Positions 49,123-55,087 of a stretch of DNA of 64,000 bases are shown one piece after another. Each line of letters starts with the position of its first letter. Within the stretch, counting starts at the first letter, position 1. The translations under genes and the position numbers were made by a program. The DNA is taken from IMG/VR virus record IMGVR_UViG_2830687482_000006, positions 11,083 to 75,082 of that record. One strand, 5' to 3'. Below the pieces are notes generated by a model, which made no database searches, had not been told where the DNA came from, and worked only from the letters and a program-made list of their open reading frames with translations. Source of the stretch: a virus (Duplodnaviria; Caudoviricetes).

Positions 49123-49197
49123 TGGTAGCGGGAGAAGGACTCGAACCTTCGACCTTCAACTTATGAGGCTGACGAGCTGCCACTGCTCTATCCCGCT
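49123..49197 (-). tRNA. tRNA-Met(CAU) on an initiator-like scaffold
   Basis: AGCGGGA..GAGCAG..AGCTCGTCAGCCTCATAAGTTGAAGGTCG; A1-U72 paired; no GGG/CCC in anticodon stem. Confidence 0.88.
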
Positions 49198-49308
49198 ACA
49201 CCTAGTTTGATGCTTAAACCCCACAGGGGGTTATGCCATCGTATCTGCCTCAGAGATACTCTATGATTTTTCACGTTTCTCTCCTTTCCAGATTGAGTTG
49301 ATAACTTT

Positions 49309-49337
49309 CCTTTAGAGGAAATTTTTATATGTGTCAA
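49309..49337 (-). promoter_or_regulatory. Putative promoter for the distal tRNA block
   Basis: TTGACA-N17-TAAAGG on the - strand at the end of the RNA ligase gene. Confidence 0.5.
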
Positions 49338-49939
49338 CTCTTCATTTCAGCCCACTTACCTTGTTCATCATAATCGAAAGTTTTTTTGAATGCTACACCA
49401 GATTTACGGTGAAACATAACAATACCTTCTGGGTCCATGAAGCCGGGGGCGTGATAGCTTCCATTTTCCTTTAACATGGTCATTATGCCTTGAGCCGCAC
49501 CATCCGGATTATTCAGATACTCATCTTGAATAAAAGTGTGAACAACCTCACAACATTGAGGACGATCTGGATTATCTTTCCAACGCAAGCTGTTGAAAAG
49601 TGCAAATCTTTTTTCTCCGCCAGTCAGCCCATAACCTCGCTTGATTCCAGAACCATACCACTCTCCGAAGTGTCGGCCTTCCCCTAGTTTGAAAAGCTCA
49701 CTAACATTATGTGAAACAAATCGAGCAAAACCCATGTTATCCTTATCTAAGGATAACCAGCGGTTGCGCGAACCAGCAAATAGATAATAGCCCTCATGCT
49801 CTGTCAGAGCAGCTCCGGGTTCTGATTGATAATCAGCCTTAGGTCGCCAAGCAACCTGCGCATTAGTTCCATCAAGTTTTTCAGTTATCGTCCAACCCTG
49901 ACTAAAACGAGTCAAACTAGAAAAGCGTTCAAAGTCCAT
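49334..49939 (-). CDS. RNA ligase (Rnl2-like nucleotidyltransferase domain)
   Basis: TEKLDGTN motif I, GSRNRW, FGEWYG, FALF, EGIV, FK motifs; no OB domain. Confidence 0.88.
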   Translation of the reverse strand: MDFERFSSLTRFSQGWTITEKLDGTNAQVAWRPKADYQSEPGAALTEHEGYYLFAGSRNRWLSLDKDNMGFARFVSHNVSELFKLGEGRHFGEWYGSGIKRGYGLTGGEKRFALFNSLRWKDNPDRPQCCEVVHTFIQDEYLNNPDGAAQGIMTMLKENGSYHAPGFMDPEGIVMFHRKSGVAFKKTFDYDEQGKWAEMKS

Positions 49940-50160
49940 TGATAATCTCCATCAAGTCTATTGGGGTGTAATTGATTTGTTCCATGCTCACACAACGGTA
50001 GCGAGGGTCTGAATAATTTCCATAGAAGATTTCTCCTACTTTTGACTGTATCAATTTATCATGAGTATGCCCATGCACATTTAATTTCCATCTATTCATG
50101 GATTGAGGGTGAATAGGAATATGAGACATGATCAACCCATGCTCCGGCTTCACGAGCCAT
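49929..50160 (-). pseudogene. Internally deleted metallophosphoesterase (C-terminal half only)
   Basis: SHIPIH...NVHGHTH...CVSMEQINYTP is present but the DxH/GD/GNHD half is absent. The RBS-ATG at 50160 is out of frame with it. Confidence 0.65.
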
Positions 50161-50176
50161 ATGTATCTCCTAAAAC

Positions 50177-50253
50177 TGGTTCCCCGCTCAGGCCTCGAAC
50201 CTGTTTCTTGGGATTCAAAGTCCCAGATTTTAACCAAATTAAACTATCGGGGA
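50177..50253 (-). tRNA. tRNA-Gln(UUG)
   Basis: TGGGA-CTTTGAA-TCCCA arm, CCA. Confidence 0.88.
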
Positions 50254-50254
50254 A

Positions 50255-50328
50255 TGGAGCGGAATGCGGGACTCGAACCCGCTTCTTTAGCTTGGAAGGC
50301 TAAGGCACAACCCATATACCAAATCCGC
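50255..50328 (-). tRNA. tRNA-Gly(UCC)
   Basis: GCGGATT acceptor, TTAGC-CTTCCAA-GCTAA, U73, CCA. Confidence 0.92.
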
Positions 50329-50333
50329 AATGA

Positions 50334-50402
50334 TGGAGCATAACGGAGTTGAACCGTTCCTAGCTCCTTGCAGGGGAACCGTCGGCACCCCCTCGGATGA
50401 CC
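50334..50402 (-). pseudogene. Degenerate tRNA-Cys-like remnant
   Basis: Intact T-arm AACGG-TTCAACT-CCGTT and TCCA end, CTGCAA loop; acceptor shortened and D-arm unpaired. Confidence 0.55.
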
Positions 50403-50618
50403 TTAAACTTGTATGTAATCAAATCTTCCTTTTACATTCTCGTTAAAGAAAATTCCAACTGAATTTGCTATGATCATAGATTCATAAATTGTTTTTGGAA
50501 CCGCATCATATTCATAAACAAGTCCTGAGTTGAACTCCACTTCCAAAGTCTCTGTAGACTCATCATATCCCACAGCAGCAATATTTGAACTTGAGACCGA
50601 TATTCTATCCATTTTCAT
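50403..50618 (-). CDS. KTSC domain protein
   Basis: VSSSNIAAVGYD...LEVEF.SG..YEY..VP..IY..M..A.SVG.FF...VK; RBS AGGAGA before ATG 50618. Confidence 0.92.
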   Translation of the reverse strand: MKMDRISVSSSNIAAVGYDESTETLEVEFNSGLVYEYDAVPKTIYESMIIANSVGIFFNENVKGRFDYIQV

Positions 50619-50627
50619 TCTCCTAAA

Positions 50628-50702
50628 TGGTGCCGGATTGAGGACTCGAACCCCATTCTTTCGCTTACAAGGCGACTGCATCCCCACTATTGCTCATCCG
50701 GC
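50628..50702 (-). tRNA. tRNA-Thr(UGU)
   Basis: GCCGGAT/ATCCGGC acceptor, CTTGTAA loop. Confidence 0.92.
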
Positions 50703-50704
50703 GC

Positions 50705-50780
50705 TGGTGTAGAAGGTAGGACTCGAACCCACATCTGCGAGGCTTCAACTCGCCGCTAAGACCTCATCAGCTACTTCTAC
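50705..50780 (-). tRNA. tRNA-Phe(GAA)
   Basis: GTAGAAG/CTTCTAC acceptor, GCGAG-TTGAAGC-CTCGC. Confidence 0.9.
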
Positions 50781-50781
50781 A

Positions 50782-50862
50782 TGGACCCCCAGACAGGATT
50801 CGAACCTGCATTTTCATCCAGTTATCCGTTTCTTGGTTCGTAGCCAAGGGGAATACTGAGGG
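50782..50862 (-). tRNA. D-armless tRNA-Arg(ACG)-like RNA with enlarged variable region
   Basis: CCCTCAG-TATTCCC-CTTGG-CTACGAA-CCAAG-AAACGGATAACTGGATGAAAAT-GCAGG-TTCGAAT-CCTGT-CTGGGGG-T-CCA. Confidence 0.8.
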
Positions 50863-50863
50863 A

Positions 50864-50938
50864 TGGTAGTCCGTGAGAATTATGCTATCCCGACCTTCCC
50901 CTTGTAAGGGGGACGCTCTACTTCTGAGCTAACGGACC
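50864..50938 (-). tRNA. tRNA-Val(UAC) with non-canonical T-loop
   Basis: TCCCC-CTTACAA-GGGGA; T-loop AGCATAA. Confidence 0.88.
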
Positions 50939-50940
50939 AT

Positions 50941-51016
50941 TGGTTGTTCCAGTAGGACTCGAACCTACGACACAGCGATTATCAGTCGCTTGCTCTACCA
51001 ACTGAGCTATGGAACA
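50941..51016 (-). tRNA. tRNA-Ile(GAU)
   Basis: Canonical cloverleaf, CTGATAA loop. Confidence 0.95.
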
Positions 51017-51156
51017 TCATTCTTAACGTCAAAATATCCTTTCAACCAAATCCATTTATTTTTCCCTCGTTTGAAAGGACAATCTGAATGAGAAAGACCA
51101 TTATATGCCGCTGATCTTCCATTGTTTTCTACTGAACCTTCATTCCAATGTAGCAC
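51007..51156 (-). CDS. Rmf/CrpP-like small protein (49 aa, below track cutoff)
   Basis: RBS AAGGAG, GTG start: MLHWNEGSVENNGRSAAYNGLSHSDCPFKRGKNKWIWLKGYFDVKNDVP; G..A...G.....CP(Y/F)......WL.G(W/Y) pattern of RMF. Confidence 0.6.
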   Translation of the reverse strand: MLHWNEGSVENNGRSAAYNGLSHSDCPFKRGKNKWIWLKGYFDVKNDVP

Positions 51157-51169
51157 ATCATATCTCCTT

Positions 51170-51244
51170 TGGTCGGCCCGAGGGGAATCGAACCCCCATT
51201 TCCTGATTGAAAGTCAAGCGTCTTAGCCATTAGACGACGGGTCG
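51170..51244 (-). tRNA. tRNA-Glu(UUC)
   Basis: CTTGA-CTTTCAA-TCAGG, CCA. Confidence 0.92.
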
Positions 51245-51286
51245 TCTACCAGCTTAACTCAATTCTCAATGTAGGAGTTGGGTTTA

Positions 51287-51389
51287 GACTAGTAGAGAGG
51301 TTCAGCCGAAGCGAATCTCTCGTTCACGCACGACAGCGAACCCACCTTGGCGGGTCGCTGTCGTTCCAATAAAGGTTGCGTTACTAGTC
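51287..51389 (-). ncRNA. Unassigned structured ncRNA (multi-stem junction)
   Basis: Closing stem GACTAGTA/TACTAGTC, 35-nt hairpin ACGACAGCGACCCGCC-AA-GGTGGGTTCGCTGTCGT, UUCG-capped hairpin; no ORF. Confidence 0.6.
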
Positions 51390-51401
51390 ATAATGATCAA
51401 C

Positions 51402-51430
51402 CCATAGCAAGGTAAATGACCTATGTCAAG
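51402..51430 (-). promoter_or_regulatory. Alphaproteobacterial RpoD-type promoter upstream of the ncRNA
   Basis: CTTGAC-N17-CTATGG on the - strand. Confidence 0.6.
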
Positions 51431-51488
51431 TGGAGCGACGAACAGGACTCGAACCTGCATGTTCTTGAGCCATTTCCGCCACCGTCGC
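51431..51488 (-). ncRNA. 58-nt anticodon-less tRNA-like RNA
   Basis: GCGACGG-TG-GCGGAAATGGCTCAAGAACAT-GCAGG-TTCGAGT-CCTGT-TCGTCGC-T-CCA: full acceptor and T-arm, D-loop GG, no anticodon arm. Confidence 0.7.
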
Positions 51489-51500
51489 TAAAGAAAGAAG

Positions 51501-51577
51501 TGGTGAACGGCCCTAGACTTGAACTCGGAACCCCCGACTTAAAAGGACGGTGCTCTAACCTATTGAGCTAGCCGTTC
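51501..51577 (-). tRNA. tRNA-Lys(UUU)
   Basis: GAACGGC/GCCGTTC acceptor, CCGTC-CTTTTAA-GTCGG (U30-U40 mismatch). Confidence 0.9.
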
Positions 51578-51889
51578 ACGAATAAAAGCACCTTTGGTGC
51601 TGAAAAAACCATAACGATGCTTGGCTTGCTCTGCCCTAGCAAACGCACCGAGCAGAGTTTCTCTTGAATATGTTTCGGGACTCCATTGACCTTCTAGACC
51701 ATAACAGGAACAATGTCCACCTGAAACATAATAGTATGTGTCTCCATTTCTATACAGAACATCAGCACTACCATCGCAACCATAAGCTTCATGATCATAC
51801 TGAGCATATAGAACCTCATCTGGTTCTGGGTCGTTCATCGCAAATTCTCTTTGAACATCTCCCCAATTACTGAACAGATCATAATACAT
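51560..51889 (-). CDS. Conserved-looking phage hypothetical protein with HCSCYG motif
   Basis: RBS AGGAG; VLYAQY...G.A.V...GGHCSCYGLEGQW.PE. Confidence 0.6.
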   Translation of the reverse strand: MYYDLFSNWGDVQREFAMNDPEPDEVLYAQYDHEAYGCDGSADVLYRNGDTYYYVSGGHCSCYGLEGQWSPETYSRETLLGAFARAEQAKHRYGFFSTKGAFIRERLAQ

Positions 51890-51906
51890 ACTATTCTCCT
51901 TAAAAA

Positions 51907-51984
51907 TGGTGCGCCTAGTAGGACTCGAACCTACAACCTACCGATTAGAAGTCGGCAACTCTATTCCAGTTGAGCTATAGGCGC
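51907..51984 (-). tRNA. tRNA-Arg(UCU)
   Basis: Canonical cloverleaf, CTTCTAA loop. Confidence 0.95.
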
Positions 51985-51991
51985 AAAAACT

Positions 51992-52232
51992 ATGGCCCGT
52001 TCTGTTCCACGGTGGGCCAAGCCGGTGTCAAGAGCAGTTAAGCTGCGAGACGAAGTGCCATTTCTGGCTGGTTATCATTGACAGTTATCAATGTTGATCT
52101 TTTAAGGTAATCACACCTACAACCTCACACTAGCTTATCCCGTCAGTCGATACCCTTTCACCCCCATTATGGTGGAGGTGGGCGCACTCGAAGCGCCGTC
52201 CTGTCCGTATTCACTAGTGGTCAGCGATTGTT
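51992..52232 (-). ncRNA. ssrA: Circularly permuted (two-piece) tmRNA; tag (A)VNDNQPEMALRLAA*
   Basis: Acceptor piece ends CACCTCC-A-CCA (52170), 4-nt spacer TAAT, coding piece starts GGGGGTG (52165) with G3-U70. Tag ORF at 52082-52038; terminal GGCCCACCGTGGAACAGAACGGGCC hairpin. The 5' boundary is approximate. Confidence 0.92.
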
Positions 52233-52352
52233 CCTCAAAACTTCCTGCATAAACTTCTTAAAGTCGGCATCACTTCCGGTTCCTTTGCCTAAATTAGCAG
52301 CGGTGCAAACAAATTGCACATTTCCTTCTCCGCTGTCAACAGATAGTTTCAC
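52221..52352 (-). pseudogene. HNH/His-Me endonuclease remnant
   Basis: VKLSVDSGEGNVQFVCTAANLGK...: S.D...GNVQFV...N..K motif with the RIDSSKGY-type segment missing. Confidence 0.45.
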
Positions 52353-52911
52353 TCACCATATCCGTGAAGTTTAGATCAACCCCTAAAATCCACTTATGTG
52401 AAGGATACCTTGGAACCCAACGAGAAAACCTATGAACACTGCTAGCCAGCGCCAGTGGTGATTCTGATCTTATCAGGCGAAAAACCTTATCATCATGATC
52501 TTCCAAATAGCCCTTGCTTCTTTCCAAGTATTTTCCATTAAAAGAAATTTGACAAAGACCATAATCGAATCTCTGAGTTATATATTGAATACTCCAATTC
52601 ACAAAAATTAGTTGGATTGGGGGAAGTCCTTCAACATCCATATTAGTCACTAATATAATTTCTCTCATAGATTCAGGATACCAAGCATCGGTATCATTTT
52701 GCTCAGGTTCTTTTCCCCCTAATAATTTGTTAAGGGCTGTAGCTTCACTTTCTGAGCCACAAGCTACAAAGAAATCTAAATCTTTTACATCTAGGCCATG
52801 ATCTAAATCTCTTAAAGACCCTCCAGCAAGAACTACTTTAGAATGAATAGTTTGAAACTTAAGTAGAAGATCGACCCATTCTTTTGGAATGTCTTTTTCG
52901 GTAATCATCAC
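52336..52911 (-). CDS. tRNA nucleotidyltransferase/poly(A) polymerase head-domain protein
   Basis: LAGGSLRD...KDLDFF and RFDYGLCQI motifs; adjacent to the tRNA array. Confidence 0.8.
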   Translation of the reverse strand: MMITEKDIPKEWVDLLLKFQTIHSKVVLAGGSLRDLDHGLDVKDLDFFVACGSESEATALNKLLGGKEPEQNDTDAWYPESMREIILVTNMDVEGLPPIQLIFVNWSIQYITQRFDYGLCQISFNGKYLERSKGYLEDHDDKVFRLIRSESPLALASSVHRFSRWVPRYPSHKWILGVDLNFTDMVSETIC

Positions 52912-54014
52912 ACATCCCTTTCTCCGTCATACAAAGCAATAACAATACCAAATCGAGGAACACCGTCTGGTGTAAGTTCAAAATAACGAACGGTAGCAGT
53001 TTGAAAAGATTTTCCTATTAAACTTTCTGCATATTCCATTGTGCCTTTCAAGCCTGCACCAAATTCCTTACCATTTTTTGCTTTACAAACTACAGATTTA
53101 ACCTTTCCAGACCAGTTTCCTATACCTTCTTCTAAAGAGAGAACGGGGAACTCATCTTCAAGGAAATCCTTACGCTTAAGGAGATTTTTGCTTCTTTTTT
53201 GTTCATAGGGAGTATCCAGACGTAGCATTGAACCTTCATAACCTGCTGCCACACAGGCACCATGGAAGGTGTTGAAGCGTTCTGAATCTTCGGGCTTACC
53301 CTCAAAGGCGACGGTTTCAACTTTCCAAATACAGCTCTCTTCGGACAAATATTGAAGAGACTGGTTAGCATAAGCAATTCGTATCGAGAAACGTCGGTCG
53401 GCCTTAGAAGGACAATCATATACATGATATTGCACTAGTCGGCCAGATTCGGCCAGTTCTTCTTCCGAAGGGTCTTGCTTTTTGCAAAGAGACATAAGCT
53501 TAGGAAAATCATCTTTCAATTCATGATTGTAAAGTTCTCCATCAAGAATTAGGTTTGGGTCAGTTTCAAAAGCTGGTTTCAAGGCCTCATAAATGTGAGG
53601 ACACCCCAAAATAGCCTTACCCTGCCTAGAAAACAAACCTTGTCGAGTCGCAATACAGCGCATTCCATCGAGCTTTGGTTGAGCATAGACTGTCTGCCAA
53701 AGAGGAAAGCCGGAGTATTCTTTTGCCAGCATAGGTTTGAAGAAATGTGCTCCACTTTGAGCCGCCTCTGTTGATTTGTGATATTCTCTAGTCAACTTAT
53801 GTTCATATTTTGAGGCCACTTCTAATTTAGCTTGATCTTCTGGACTAGTTTCATTTGCTTTACCGATGTTTTTGGCTTTTGCTTGAGTCCATTCTGAAAA
53901 AACCTCTACCCCTCCGGCTACTCCTGCCGCAGTCCGGTAACGAGAACCATCAATCTCCATTCGCCAAGTTCTTAAACCACCTTTAGTGTCATATTTGTAA
54001 AGTGTATCAGTCAT
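52908..54014 (-). CDS. ATP-dependent DNA ligase
   Basis: QPKLDGMRC, LDGELY, YHVYD, EGSMLR, LLKRK, OB-domain PRF. Confidence 0.95.
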   Translation of the reverse strand: MTDTLYKYDTKGGLRTWRMEIDGSRYRTAAGVAGGVEVFSEWTQAKAKNIGKANETSPEDQAKLEVASKYEHKLTREYHKSTEAAQSGAHFFKPMLAKEYSGFPLWQTVYAQPKLDGMRCIATRQGLFSRQGKAILGCPHIYEALKPAFETDPNLILDGELYNHELKDDFPKLMSLCKKQDPSEEELAESGRLVQYHVYDCPSKADRRFSIRIAYANQSLQYLSEESCIWKVETVAFEGKPEDSERFNTFHGACVAAGYEGSMLRLDTPYEQKRSKNLLKRKDFLEDEFPVLSLEEGIGNWSGKVKSVVCKAKNGKEFGAGLKGTMEYAESLIGKSFQTATVRYFELTPDGVPRFGIVIALYDGERDV

Positions 54015-54194
54015 TTAACGACTCCCTCAATTGTTTCAGCCAACTATTACGATCAAAAACTCTTTTGATTTCTTTCTCATTTTCATCTGTGAAAAATACA
54101 ATATCTTTCTGAATTGAGATGATTTTATCTTCCAGCCACTCCGATGTATCTATTTTGGGAGCAACTCCCCAAAATTTGAAAGGCTCTCAGGCAT
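54007..54194 (-). pseudogene. Small ORF split by a -1 shift at C CCA AAA TAG
   Basis: 14-aa ORF from ATG 54194; the -1 frame continues 48 codons to overlap the ligase ATG. Confidence 0.35.
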
Positions 54195-55087
54195 TAGGTT
54201 TCCTTTCGAATATATGGGATAAGCATATGTTTGTTCTTATGAAAATTTTCTACAAAATTTGGGAGATTTCGAAACATATGAAGAACATTATCATAATTCT
54301 CCCAAGCAAATTCTCGAAAATGTCCGGAGGTTATGGAGGTGCAAACTTTCTCCAAAGCAATTTGAGCACTATGAAGATAGTGTGGAGCAAATCTATTAGG
54401 TATCTGGTGGCGTTCCAGAGCCAGAACAGCCGCTTCTTCGTAAACTCCTGCTAGTTGCAAGTGTTTTGGGCAAGTCTCAAACATTTTTCGAGAAGTCAGC
54501 ACCTCATTACCTTGCGTTTTATAACTTTCGTAGGCTGGTTGTCCGTAAAGGGCTACTGTTAAGTGGATAGAATCATGATCATAAACCATATAATTATCTT
54601 CGGGATTGAAAAACTCATCCTTACTACGATTAAGATTGGGATGCTCATAATACAAGGTTTCTTTTTGACGCCTCTTAAAGAAATCCATATGTGCTGGCTC
54701 AATTATTGCTCCAGCCTTGCGCATCAAGTGAATGTCATTCATAGTTTTTCGGAAATGAGGAGAGTTTTTCTTGAATCTGTGAGTCATTTTCAACATATAC
54801 AAAATGTTGAGATTTGGAATCCATGCTTTCAAATCTTGATCGAAACGTGTTTGGGAATGAGATAGTATTAGTCTAGCTAATTCCAGTCCAAGTCCTGAAT
54901 CCCATATTAACTCGCAATCAAAAATTTGATTGCCTTTTTTAGCAAAAACATGATCTTTATCAACTACTGTGGGGTTGACTCCGAGATAGTCTTGGAAGTC
55001 AGGAAGAGTAGCAAGGACGTCAATGTCCTTGCTCTCCCGGCCCAAAATATGTTGAATTGAGTGTGAGCCTAAAATGATCATTAGCAA
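54194..55087 (-). CDS. Putative Pol-beta-fold nucleotidyltransferase with helical C-terminal domain
   Basis: N-terminal LGS...KDIDV motif; YMLKMTH, HDSIH, YEEAAVLALER, LEKVCTSITSGHFR. Confidence 0.55.
   Translation of the reverse strand: MLMIILGSHSIQHILGRESKDIDVLATLPDFQDYLGVNPTVVDKDHVFAKKGNQIFDCELIWDSGLGLELARLILSHSQTRFDQDLKAWIPNLNILYMLKMTHRFKKNSPHFRKTMNDIHLMRKAGAIIEPAHMDFFKRRQKETLYYEHPNLNRSKDEFFNPEDNYMVYDHDSIHLTVALYGQPAYESYKTQGNEVLTSRKMFETCPKHLQLAGVYEEAAVLALERHQIPNRFAPHYLHSAQIALEKVCTSITSGHFREFAWENYDNVLHMFRNLPNFVENFHKNKHMLIPYIRKET

Noticed and set aside
48575-49210. Track ORFs overlapping tRNA genes (48575..48820, 49028..49210) and similar ones at 50103-50712
   Set aside because: Incidental open frames across tRNA sequences.
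50161-50237. N-terminus of track ORF 49929..50237
   Set aside because: It is a translation of tRNA-Gln, not part of the phosphoesterase.
51245-51430. Theta/HDV-like or hammerhead ribozyme identity for the structured ncRNA
   Set aside because: No CUGANGA/GAAA core or nested double pseudoknot could be built by eye, and the element does not directly abut a tRNA 3' end; left as unassigned.
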